Source of the DNA: Takakia lepidozioides
Lineage: Eukaryota > Plantae > Bryophyta
Assembly: GCA_030704615.1 (NCBI GenBank)
Contig: CM060731.1
Coordinates: 60,016,001 to 60,080,000 of the forward strand
Length of the DNA: 64,000 nt
Direction of reading: 5' to 3'
The position numbers and the translations under genes were made by a program. The notes below the pieces were generated by a model. The model did no database searches. It saw only the letters and a program-made list of their open reading frames with translations, and was not told the origin of the DNA. The number at the start of each line of letters is the position of its first letter. Position 1 is the stretch's first letter. Positions 1-11,658 of the stretch are shown here, in pieces.

Positions 1-366
1 GTACGAGATTTGACCCTTTAAGAGAGGTTGACCCCACAATGTGCAATGCACCTCATTCGCCTTATGCTGGAAATGCAAGTTCGTGCAAGACTTGGACTCT
101 GCGTAATTGTTTCCGGTTTGCACGTCATGCCTATCCAAAGGCCACAATCGATTGATGATGTACCATTTCACGAATTTTTTGCATCTCGCCATCAGCCACC
201 GGAACTCTTCCGGAACATCCTCCCAGCCCTCTTCTGCTAGTATGCTAGGGTCACCAAATACTTCTCAATTCAAGTCTTGCCTTTACCCTTTGATTTTCTT
301 AAGGGGCAGTCCATGTTCATTGGGGTCATCTCTTCCATGACGGTCATCGTCCTGGCCCTCTACCAT
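1..366 (-). pseudogene. Decayed ORF of unknown function, probably belonging to the element carrying the adjacent hairpin array
   Basis: ATG at 366 opens one frame running off the window edge (MVEGQDDD...LAEEGWEDVPEEFRWLMARCKKFVKWYIINRLWP...). It has two in-frame stops (TAA, TGA) compatible with C-to-T decay. No domain recognised. Confidence 0.3.
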
Positions 367-729
367 TCTACAAGAACAACATTAAACGAGGTTTTCTAAA
401 AAGACGTAACTCTAAACCTTTTCCCCGTTAAGTAGGTTTGAGTAGGTGTCAAAATAGTTCCTAAAAGCTAATTTTGTAAAATAAAATGATCCTGGAAGCC
501 AGAGGAGGGCCTATGGGATCATTCTGCAACGACCTCACAGCAATCGCGGCCAAAAAAACCCCCCACCCAACCAATGGCCTCCTTCTCCACGTGACTACGT
601 GTCGTGGAATAATGAAATGTCACGCACACAGAAGTTGTGTGGAGAGGAAGTGAGGGGAGAATAAGCCTCCCTTGGCTTATATCCCCCCCCGCCCTCATTT
701 CTCGGGCCACGTGCAGGGCGAATCTTCTA

Positions 730-2790
730 GAAGCGACCGCCAACTTGGCGGTCGCTCGATTTTCCGGAAAATAAAAAAATAAGCGACCGCCAGAACAAGC
801 GGTCGCTCCATTTTTCCAAAAAAAACAAAAAAAACAAAAAAAAAAACAATTGACCGCTAGACAGGGCGGTCGCACCATTTTCCGGAAATAAAATAAATAA
901 ACGACCGCCAACATAGGCGGTCGCTTCATTTTCAAAAACTTTAAAATAAATAAGCGACCGTCAACATAGGCGGACGCTTCATTTTCAAAATTTAAAAAAA
1001 AAAAAAACGACCGCCAACATGGGCGGTCGCTTCATTTTCAAAACATTTAAAAAAATTAAGCGACCACCAACATAGGCGGTCGCATCATTTTCAAAAACTT
1101 TAAAATAAATAAGGGACCGCCAACATAGGCAGTCGCTTCATTTTCAAAAACTTTAAAAAAAATAAGCGACCGCCAACATAGGCGGTCGCTTCATTTTCAA
1201 AACATTTCAAAAAAATAGGCGACCGCCAACATAGGCAGTCGCTTCATTTTCAAAAACTTTAAAAAAAATAAGCGACCGCCAACATAGGCGGTCCCTTCAT
1301 TATCAAAACATTTAAAAAAAAATAAGCGACAGCCAACATAGGCGGTCACTTCATTTTCAAAAACTTAAAAAAAAATAAGCGACCGCCAACATAGGCGGTT
1401 GCTTCATTTTTAAAAAAAAATTAAAAACAATAAGCGACCGCCAGCATAGGCGGTCGCTTCATTTTCAAAACATTTCAAAAAAAAAACGACCGCCAACATA
1501 GGCGGTCGCTTCATTTTCAAAAACTTTAAAATAAATAAGCGACCGCCAACATAGGCGGTCGCTTCATTTTAAAAAAAACTTAAAATAAATAAGCGACTGC
1601 CAGCATAGGCGTTCGCTTCATTTTCAAAACATTTAAAATAAATAAGCGACCGCCAACATAGGCGGTCGCTTCATTTTTTAAAACTTAAAATAAATAAGCG
1701 ACTGCCAGCATAGGCGGTCGCTTCATTTTCAAAACATTTAAAATAAATAAGCGACCGCCAACATAGGCGGTCGCTTCATTTTCAAAAGCTTTATAATAAA
1801 TAAGCGACCGTCAACATAGGCGGTCGCTTTATTTTCAAAAAATTAAAATAAAAACGACCGCCAGCACTAGCTGTCGCTTGATTTTCAAAACAATTAAAAT
1901 AGAAGCGACCGCCAGTCATGGCGGTCGCTTGATTTTCAAAAACATTTAAATTAAAGCGTATGTCAGTAATGGCGGTCGCTTCATTTTCATTTTCAAAACA
2001 ATTAAAATAAATGCGACCGCCACAAATGGCGGTCGCTCCATTTCCAACCAAATTTTTAAAAAAACGACCGCCACTAATGGCTGTCGCTGCAATTACAAAA
2101 AACAACAATACCAGCGACTGCCCCTAATGGCGGTCGCTCCATTTTCCTCCAAGAAACATAAAAGCGACCGCCAATAATGGCGGTCGCTTCATTTCCAAAA
2201 TAAAAAATATATAAGCGACCGCCAGTAATGGCAGTCGCCCCATTTCCAGAAATAAAAACATAAAAACGTCCGCCAGTATTGGCGGTCGCAACATCTTAAA
2301 AAATAACCATTACAGCGACCGCCAGAAATATGGCGGTCGCTATTTCTTTTTCTATTTCAAAAAATAAAGCAACCGCCAGTGCGACCGCCAATCTTGCTTT
2401 AAAAAAAAAAAATTTGAAGCGACCGCCAATACGGCGGTCGCTAATTCTTTTTTAATTTTGAAAAACAAAACGACCGCCATAATTGGCGGTCGAGTTCATT
2501 TTGTTAATTTTTTTTTAAATGTATGTGTCACCGTGCATTTGCCAATATGGCAATCGCTTGTTTCCTTTTTCAAATTAGGCGACTGCCAATACGACCGCCA
2601 ATCTTGTTTTTTTAAAACAATAAATTGAAGCGACCGCCAGTGCGACCGCCAATCTTGCTTTAAAATAAATAAAAATTGAAGCGACCGCCAATACGGCAGT
2701 CGTTATTTTTATTTTTAATTTCGAAAAACAAAGTGAATTGGCGGTTGTGTTCATTTTGTTAAATTTCAAAATGTATTTGCCACCGCCACC
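730..2790. repeat. Tandem array of ~53-55 bp units, each a GC hairpin AAGCGACCGCC-AACATA-GGCGGTCGCTT plus an A/T-tract linker; likely DNA-transposon subterminal repeats
   Basis: Roughly 35 units are directly visible; most homogeneous at 900-1830, diverging toward both ends. The GCGACC/GGTCGC core resembles CACTA-type subterminal motifs; superfamily not proven. Confidence 0.85.
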
Positions 2791-2939
2791 GTGTCGGCGA
2801 CGTGGCTGCTTAAGTGGCAGTATTTTACCTGGTACTATTTTTACCAGAATATTCCCCGAACCTGACGTGACGGAGGTCCCGTCGGCGTCAAGTCCGACGT
2901 GATCTGACGCGGACGGACAGACGTGATGCTGATAACCAG

Positions 2940-4335
2940 GTCATGCACGCTATCTACATGACGAATTGCATGGGATGAACCAGCTTGAGCTCCCATTGCT
3001 AGAATGCACAAAAAGGCCGATGCGTGCCATCCTGGCAACCATCTCCTCATCTGTCTCACCATGCCACCGAGCTCCAGTATCATCATGCTCGCTCGTGCAT
3101 GGATTACGACTCAACCCATCTGTATCCCGATTGACTATACCGGCTCGATACACCACTTGGAAGTCGTACTCTTGAAGCATAAGCGCCCACCGTGCAAGCT
3201 TCATTGTAAGCTTGTCCGACTCCATCAACCACTTCAATGGTTGGTGATCCATGACAAGGGTGAAGAGATTGCCATAGAGGTAGCATCTGAAATGTGCCAC
3301 TGCCCATACCGCAACTAGACACTCCCCTTCATAGGAACTATACTTCGCCTCGGTACCATTGTTCGAGCGGCTAGCATATGCCACTACGAACTTTCTTCCC
3401 TCATCATCCACCTGTGTGAGCACTACTCCAATCCCCAACATACTCCAATCCGTATGTAGCTGGAAAGGCCGCCCCCGAATAGGCCGCCTCAGAATAGGTG
3501 CAGAAGTCAATCGAGCCTTGAGTTCCTCAAAGGCTTCCTCCTGCTCCTCCTCCCACTGCCACTCCTGACCCACCTTGGTCAATTTGGTAAGAGCCTTTGC
3601 AATGCTACTAAATCCCTTGACAAACCGTCGATAGTAGTTTGCCAATTCCATGAAGGCACGAACTCTGCTCACATCCATAGGGCGTGGAATGCATGCAATG
3701 GCCTCCACTTTGTCTGTTGAACACCCAATCCTCCAGGGTATATCATGTGGCCTAGATATTCAATCTGATTGTGGAAGAACTTGCACTTTCCGGGGTGCGG
3801 TTTCAATCCGTGCGCTCTCAAGCGCTCAAACACCACCTGAAGGTGTCTCTCATGCTCCTCAACCGTAGCACTAAAGACGATGATGTCATCAATGTAGCAC
3901 CGGGCGAAGTCTAGCCCGCGGAGAATCCTATCCATGACCCTCTGAAACTCTGCAGGAGCATTCTTCAACCCAAACGGCAATAACCGCCATTGGTACAAAC
4001 AATCCTTCCCATGTTGGTCAATCCCCCAGAATGTCGTCTTTTGCTTGTCAGCCTTTTTGATTGGCAACTGGTGGTAACCGGATCGCAAGTCCAATGTGCT
4101 AAACACCTTTGCATGCCCAATGGCATCCAAGATCTCCTCTGGAGGTGGCATGGCATATCTATCGGACTTAGTCTGACGGTTCACATGATGATATCCCCAC
4201 ACATCCTTCTTTCTGTCCAATTGCCATAGATATCCTTCTTAGCTGGCATCACCGTTGCCGAGGCATACTCCCCGCCTGACAACTCCACCAATCCAGCTTC
4301 GAACAACTCCATAGTCCGTGACTGGATCAATGACC
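2940..4335 (-). mobile_element. Ty3/gypsy LTR retrotransposon pol fragment (reverse transcriptase + RNase H), frameshifted, no integrase seen
   Basis: RT motifs YASATVMPAKKD..GNWTERRMCG, FSTLDLRSGYHQ, LPFGLKNAPAEFQ, YIDDII, YLGH. RNase H motifs FQLHTDWS, VVAYASR, YSSYEGE, DHQPLKWL, LARWALMLQEYDF, DGLSR. Frameshifts near 4200 and 3710. Confidence 0.95.
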
Positions 4336-4339
4336 TCTC

Positions 4340-4402
4340 CATGACACCCATGTCAAGCAATTTAGATCCATTGCTTGACCCAACACTTGGCGACGGAATA
4401 CC
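4340..4402 (-). pseudogene. Second, diverged copy of the DNA methyltransferase C-terminus (motif X) abutting the RT start
   Basis: Minus strand reads SLSEVFRRQVLGQAMDLNCLTWV; it is an imperfect inverted copy of 5640-5707. Confidence 0.8.
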
Positions 4403-4769
4403 TCTGACAGACTGCTCCCAGTGCGGCTTATTAGAAATGTAGCGGTGGACAATAGGAACATGATGCCCACATTGGCTGCATTTTCAGGGGTGGTGGCTTG
4501 GGATGGTGAGCTCTTGGAGGGCAATAGCCATGCAGATGATGATGGCCACCACCTGATGAGGACAAACAATTGGCATACAAGGCTGATTTGCTTCCTCATG
4601 TACCTGTTCATATTCCACTGTGGGGTACAGTTGGGAATTTGCATCGAGTAGCAGACGAGTATGTGCACCAAGCATGGCAGGAGGCCTATCCATTGGTGAT
4701 TCAGTGACATCACCCGGACCTCCTCAGTTAGCTCATTTGGACACAATGCCCATTACCTGGCAACCACCT

Positions 4770-5740
4770 GACTCAGGGATTTGCTTATTAGACATTTTGG
4801 AGGCATGAGCACTGGGCTTGTTGCAAGTAGGGATTAAAGTATTCAAGTACTTGTATGTGGAGAAGGATGAGATGGTTTGGCGTATTTCTATGCGCCACAT
4901 CGCCTTGCTCACACACCAGTATCCTGAGTTGTTGCATCTCTCAGCAATTCAAGGGTATCAAAAGGCCTTGCCAGTAGACATTACCTTGCTGGGGGGGCGG
5001 ATGATTTGGACGGCATGGTGCCATTGACTTGGTGATAGCTGGATGGCCTTGCCAATGACACTCTCCCGCAGGTCATGGGAATGGCTTGCATGATGCACGA
5101 TCGCATTTGTTTTGGGAGATGTTGAGAGTGTTGCGTGACTTGCAGACGAGGCAAGTGCAACCTCTAGCCTATATCTTGGAGAATGTTCCTCTCATGGGGG
5201 ACTCTCGGGCCCGGGTTATGGCCAGTGTGCATCAGGTGCGGTCTTGGATTGGATCGGCGGTGCTATTGGATGCAGCAGTGGTGGGATCACGAGAGCATCG
5301 ACCTCGATTGTGGTGGACCAATCATGCACCACCAGAGCTGCTCAAAAGAGCATACGATTCCATTCAACGGCCACCCAATCTCACAGTTGAGGGCATTTTG
5401 GACCAAGGGAGGCAACCACAGAGGGTGCGATATGATGACCGTTCACCTCTAGCAGTGGTAAATTGAGTGGGGCAGCCACGTGCAGCCTTGCTTACGCTCA
5501 TGAGCTTTCCCTCGTATCATGCTTTCGAGACAATGGTCCTGGGTTGATTTCGGACAGTGTACTATAGCAATTGGTGGAGCCCAATGCGGATGTGCGAGAG
5601 TGGGCAATGGGATTTGCCACGGGCACTACAGTTGTGTCAGCTCTGTCAGAGGCATCATGACGCCAGGTGTTGGGTCAGGCAATGGATCTCAATTGCTTGA
5701 CATGGGTCTTTGGCTTGTGCATGGCTGAGCAACGGAGATT
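4770..5740 (+). pseudogene. Retrotransposon-borne C5-cytosine DNA methyltransferase, decayed
   Basis: Ordered C5-MTase motifs: I DI(F)GGMSTGL (~4791, 1-nt frameshift), II YLYVEKD, III DI, IV IDLVIAGWPCQ (GWPCQ 5041-5055, then TGA), VI YILENV (5179-5187), VIII HRPRLWWTN, IX REWAMGF (~5595), X RQVLGQAM (~5661). Confidence 0.9.
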
Positions 5741-5904
5741 GCAAGCATTGGTGGCTACTTCTGCACTTCCATTGGATATTGTACCATCTCTCTTGATCTA
5801 TTGACTTCAGATAGTGGGACTTGGACGATTGATGACCAAACGATGATCTTATTGGGATGGATACTTGTCAGCTATCTGGTGTTAGAGGGACCTAATCACC
5901 GGCT

Positions 5905-6000
5905 AGGGGGGGGATTGTGGTATAGCTTTCTAGGATTGTGTGCTTAGATTGTGTGGTGGACAGCGATGTATGTTGTGGCACGATGCTTAGGTGCACGACA
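5905..6000 (+). mobile_element. Polypurine tract and probable start of a 3' LTR
   Basis: AGGGGGGGGA (5905-5914), then T, then TGTGG at 5916: canonical PPT-TG junction about 170 bp after the MTase. The LTR end is not identifiable and no partner LTR is seen. Confidence 0.6.
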
Positions 6001-6769
6001 TGTAGAGTATATCCACCGTGGTTTGGACGATGCAGAAAAATTGCTCATTGGAGGAAATAAATATACACATTCATTGTTGTTTCAATTCACATTCCATGTC
6101 GTTAGTATCAATGTTTGTAATATTTTCTGAGATGAAGGTCCACATGCACTCATGCTGTCCCCATCTATGCAAGTTTGTCATAAGCAGTCGTACAATGGCC
6201 GAACAATACAGTTGAGTACACAACCACCCCTCGTCGTCACTTCAACAGACTACTTGGTTCTACTGTTAACTACTATTAGCAGACTACAATGGTCTCCGAC
6301 AGTTTGACCAGTCTGCCGCGCAGTCTACTGACCGCTGAGCAGTCTGCTCGGCAGAGTGGATGGCAGTTTGGTGCATAGTGTATGTCGTTGCAGTTAGGCT
6401 CCGTGTTGAGGTGACTACGCTCGGTGGGAGTAGTTCGGTGGACAGTGCAGAAGACCACCCAGTCTGTTCATACTGATGTCTGGTGGGGCGGAGTATTGAG
6501 CAAATTACGCAGTGTATTGAGCTAAGACTATTTTTGTGTTTGAATTAGCCAAAATAGACAATAGACGTGTTAGTGTTCTTTTGAAGTGGTGCAGTCTGCT
6601 CAGTAGTCTGTTTGACAATTTGCACGGTCTGTTGAGCAGAGTGCCTAGTCTTCCACAATTGGACGGTCCAGACTGTTAATGATGCAAACATGTATGCACA
6701 CTCAAGCAGATTGTGGACCTTTATTTCTCTGCATGGAATATGATGGCATAACATTGTTTTGCTGTGTGA

Positions 6770-9700
6770 GTATGCTATCTACTTGGGTCCTGTAAAACGG
6801 TATGAAACCTTAGGAATTCTAGAGTATATCAACGTCGCATGTGTTGGGCATACACCCTATTGCGCGTTCTCCGCAAGGCTCTGGGTCGGGTTTTCCATGC
6901 TTCGACAAAATCCTTTTTCTTTTTCAGAAACATATTATTATTGTCCTCAACAGGTCGGAAAGGTTTTGCTGCACGAGGATGTAGCATCCCAGCAGCACTT
7001 TGGCCAGGATATCAATAAGCTGCCCTCTACAGATTCGAAGGCACGACAACACATGTGTCTCGAGGTACTTGTCATCACCCACAATACGAAGTATATCTGA
7101 CCATTCTTCGGCCATAGTCAGTGGGACGTAGACAAGCTCCTCGGGGGGTGCGAAGTCACAATCATCCACAGGTCTGTCCATCGCACCAACCTCCCCGGGT
7201 GCAGTCGTGTCATCCAACATCAGATTATGCAATCCTCCATGTATGGTTCCGAGCACCGTGCCACATGCACGCACTATGAGTCCATCCTGCAAGTCGGGAT
7301 AAAGCAACTTCAGCACTTTCATTTGGTGTTTGCACAAATTGCCTTTCATTGCCCATGGGCAAGTGCAAGAAGCCCAATCTAATCCAGGGTTGTAAACAAT
7401 GTAGGTTGTGTCTGGGTGATTGCTGCTTAGCACATACGTTGGTTGTCCTTCCACCAACGGCAGAGTCACATTGCTCGCTGGAATGTCCCTGGCCGCTAGC
7501 ACAAAGCTAGATATGTACTTTTCCTATTTGTCATTCCATATGAACCCATGCGTACCAGTAGTGTATGAGCACACGGCCCGTGAGTTTCCATATTAGCCAA
7601 TCGACTCTTTGACCAATCATTTGTCTTTCCCCATCCTTAGTCTAGCCTTCAAGTTTCCATGGTATCCCTCAATGCTAGCATTTGTGTCTTGACTGGCATG
7701 TGGAATATGACGAGCAGCAGTACACCACATTGCTATTTTAGGAGACCATTCCTTGTCGATGTACTTTAAAAATTCCCGGGCATTCCGATATTTCTTTCTC
7801 ATGTCCCTGATTGTTTTGGCGACCCAGAGAAGCGTTTTTTTGGGATCGCTTGATCCACCTCTACAATATAGAGGTCTCCCATATCCTTCAACACGTTTGC
7901 TGCAGTGACGGGATCTTTGGTCTTCTGGCATGATTGCTTTACCCATGCCTTGTGGACATGCCAAAGGCACAGGAAAATGAGGACTCCTTTGAAAGCAACC
8001 TTGCACATAACACATCCACATCAGGCACTTTAGAGGGAACCCCCCATTGTCGGTGGACACCAACCGAGTGTGCTGGAGACCTCCAATAGACTCCACACCA
8101 ACCCCTAAACGGACTTGGTGGTAAGAAACTGCCTACGGGTCTGGCGGGCCGACTTCCCCTCCCAAGTCTGCCAACAGACCCATGAAGCGTGCCAGCAGAC
8201 TCGCCCCCACGAGTCTTCTAGCGGACTCGGCCAGTTGAGTGTGCCAGCGGAGTAGCCCAAAGCAGACTCCACACCAACCCTTAAATGGACTTGGTGGTAA
8301 GACACTGCCTGCGGGTCTGGCGGGCCGACTTCCCCTCCCAAGTCTGCCAGCAGACCCATGAAGCATGCCAGCGGACTTGGCCCCGCGAGTCTTCTGGCGG
8401 ACTCGGCCCGTTGAGTGTGCCAGCGGACTCGCCCACGCGAGTCTGCCAGCGGACTTGGTCGGGCGAGTCAGACTCGCCCACACGAGTGTGCAAGCGGACT
8501 CTCCGAGTGGAGTCTGCCAGTGGACTCGCGCATGCGAGTCTGCCAGGGGAGTAGCCCAAAGCAGACTATGACGACACTTGCATGACAGCGGACTTCGACA
8601 GTGGGTGTCTGTTGGGGTATGAGAGACTCACCTAATAGCGTTTATTTCAGTGTCCGCATCATCGACAATGAAGGCATTGGGTCGTCAGGTTGGCATATCT
8701 GTGTGGAGTCAGTCACGCAAGGCTGTCATCCACGGCACCATGTCTGTTGTCCTATTCCTGGCGGATATGATGTATGCAACTGGTATACCGTTCAGCCACT
8801 CGTCAAAAACCATCAAGTGTATAATGGGAACTGTTCAGATGCACTATGTCACTATGTCAATTGGTTCCAATATGCAACAACGTACGAACAACCGATGTGA
8901 AGAAATGGTAAGAGGGATGAATCATACCTTGTGTGATTTGTCCCGAAGGTTGCGTCGCATGCAACGATATGCACATGTCCCAATTCAAGCATTTTGCTTC
9001 TACCACTCAGTTTGAATGCCAATAGTGAATGTCAAATCTCCATCGTAATGCGCGAAGGTTGGCGCCAATGTTTCTTCTCGATAGAAGAAGACTGATGCGG
9101 GGTTCAGGGCTTTCCACATGCGGACGTTGTCGGCATCGTTGGCATGCTTTTTGAACGTCTGTCACGCCCATTTCTCAGCCAGGTTGCGGACATTTTGCTC
9201 GAGGAGGAAATCATCATGTGTCCATGCATCTCCCAAACATGTGTTGTTCATGACGTGCTCCTTGTGTTCTATCATGATTTGTGCGACCATGAGGCCTCGG
9301 CACAAACACTCAACGACCCAGGCCCCGGGGAAGTCACTTCCAAAAATTTCCAACCGACGTGCAAAATAATATATGGTGCAATTTATTCAGAAAATATAAA
9401 TTTAGAAAATAATAAAAAGTACATTATATTGTGATCAGGGAATTTATATTAATATAGGGTCTAAAATAATGATTTATTTAAAAAAAATTAAAATTACTAT
9501 AAGGTTGAGATAATACGTATGAAAAATTCCAAAAATATATATATGTTCTTAGGGGAAAGATATAGATATTTGTATGTAGCTTACTAATAAAATGGTGGCT
9601 AGGTAGGATTCAAAAAATGAGAAGGAAGGCAGGGAGCAGGTGGGAGATATCGCGACAGCCTATTGATCTCCTAAATAGACCAACCACACCAGTTATGGTG

Positions 9701-10897
9701 TTATTAAACTATTTCTCAAAATCTAGAGGACAATTTAAATTCAAATATGATCATACCGACAACAAGTGAGTAGATGTAGACTCAATTATTAGTTCAGTCA
9801 CTATGACTTTCGATACAGCGCAAAACGTTTATACTTTGAATGCTGATGATGCGAATGCTTTAAATGAATTTATTTCAACCAAATAATACATTCATTTGTC
9901 TTTTAAAAAAAAATCTTTTATTATATTATTAATATATAGTGTCTAATATTTGTTTGCAACAAAAAATTATAATTAAAATTGCATGCCAAAAATTCATCAT
10001 ATTACAAAATTATGTAATTATAGGGTACTAAAAAATATCCAAAGTAACCCCCCTACAAAATACCCATTTATCTCACGTGCCCTATACAAGTGATAAGGAG
10101 TGACTTCCCCGGGACCCAGGCTTTCAATTCCTTGCTAATGTGGGGTGCCTAGGCCGCCCGTGTGTTCCTGAACTCTGCGGTCTTGCCATGGGAGGGTTTC
10201 CCTAGGGCATCCACATGCTCCATGTTGTTATAGTATGTGTAGACACAAATGTCCGGGACAAGATAAGATTGCTGCACTTTGAAACAACAGCTCGACATCC
10301 GAGCTTGTACGACTCTCCGTAGTCCGACTTCTTTCTTCTTGCGCCTTTATGCGGGTGTTTAGTGCCAACACCCACATCTGGTCCTCCACGCTTTTGTTTT
10401 GGATCCTCGACAGTTGCATTGACCGTGCGCTTGTCGTCAAGTCCGTAGCAACATTGATACCTGTCAAATGGATTCAAAATCTCAATCTATGGACTTATGG
10501 AAGCCACAGTCGGAGACAAATACAAATCAGAACAACAATGCGGTGAGATCCCTAAACCACAATGAGGATGGTGCACACATGATACTGCACAAGAAGGTGT
10601 TCCCTTTGGGAGCTTTCCGCACTCCGGCGTTCACTTTACTGTGCACATGTACCCAATACTGAGTGGGGTAGTCCTCCACACTCTACATGGACAAAGTCTG
10701 CAACTCTATCCCAAGGTATACAGGCATTTTTAACACGCACTTGCACCCCCCTAAACCCATATTGTGTTTCACACTTCCAATGAAGGTCCTTATTGTTGAA
10801 AGGTCCTGGTTTTGGTATTTTGCAAACTTTGTCGAAGAGGGTGTATAAGCCGGCTCTCAAATTGCTGCATGTCGTCGGCTTCCGCTCCTACGTCCAT
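6770..10897 (-). pseudogene. MULE-type SWIM zinc-finger transposase (copy A), disrupted
   Basis: IPWDRVADFV, RYQCCYG.DD, SYKLGCR, CDATFGTNH, LCLWHVHKAW, DTNASIEGYHGNLK, SWIM CTCPWAMKGNLCKH. Multiple frameshifts/stops and a MITE insertion. Confidence 0.9.
9324..10113. mobile_element. 790-bp non-autonomous TIR element (MITE) with 8-bp TSD
   Basis: 15-bp perfect TIR CCCGGGGAAGTCACT; TSD ACCCAGGC at 9316-9323 and 10114-10121; AT-rich interior. The homologous site in copy B (~31710) is empty. Confidence 0.93.
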
Positions 10898-11308
10898 GCC
10901 CTGTACAGTGCAGAACACATGCTTTAGAACCTGCAACGAAAGCGCCGCAGGACGATGAAGAACGGGCACGAAGAAACATGACGCACGTTTACAGCTGGTG
11001 GCAGATGGTAGGCGGCAGAGATAAGGCGTGGCATGCTGCCCTAAATTGGAGGCTGCGATGGGATTTGTCCTGGACGGCCCAGATCTTGCGGGCAGGCGGA
11101 CTAGCGGGAGCGGACCTGCTGCAACGGACTAGCCCCAGCGGACAAGCTGCCGCAGAGCGGCCGGTGGCAGCAGGGGCGAGTGTAGGCGACCGCTGGCCGC
11201 GGCGGGCGCGGGTGGGGGGCGCCTCTCGTCCGGATGACGGGCCCACCGTCCTTCTCGCACGCTTGCATTCATGACCCTATTATTGTAAAATGAGAAGCAT
11301 TACCTATC

Positions 11309-11658
11309 GCCTCTCATTTTACAATAATTGGGGCATTATGGCGCACGCGCGAGTTGACCGGTGGGCCCCGCGCACGGTCCCCCCACCCGCCGCTGCGCGC
11401 GGTCGCCCACCTGCTGCCGCGGCCCCACCAGCCGCACCCCCAATCCAGCGCGGCCAGTCCGCCCGCCAGTCCGCTGCCCGTGAGTCTAGTTCCCCTCAAT
11501 CCGCCAAACCGCCAGTCTGCTGTGCACACCAGTCCCCGCAAGTCCACCCAACAGTCCGCTGCGCCCGTCTGCTGCCCCCCAGTTTGCCAGTCTGCCAGTC
11601 CGCACCGGCCGAAGGATGTGGATCGTCCATTCTGAGAAACCCATCCGCGCCATCCATG
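11309..11658 (+). repeat. Left TIR of element B
   Basis: Aligns in inverted orientation with 32788-33140 through ...CCATTCTGAGAAACCCATCC.CGCCATCCATG. Confidence 0.92.

Larger units (their letters stand above)
6240..11298 (-). mobile_element. Mutator-like element A (left end missing)
   Basis: Contains a MULE/SWIM transposase. Its right terminus ...TATTATTGTAAAATGAGAAGC (11298) is nearly identical to the terminus of element B (...ATTATTGTAAAATGAGAGGC). Left boundary not found. Confidence 0.8.

Noticed and set aside
730-2790. CRISPR-like array of palindromic repeats
   Set aside because: Spacers are near-identical A/T tracts rather than unique sequences; no cas genes; eukaryotic context.
4770-5740. 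Host MET1/CMT/DRM gene or bacterial contamination
   Set aside because: No introns, BAH, chromo or UBA domains; unpermuted motif order; embedded among plant TE sequence with a PPT/LTR junction.
8105-8571. Several overlapping ORFs in the track (also 11290-11866, 29440-30431, 32591-33155)
   Set aside because: They are read-throughs of GC-rich TIRs and intronic repeat arrays, with low-complexity translations.
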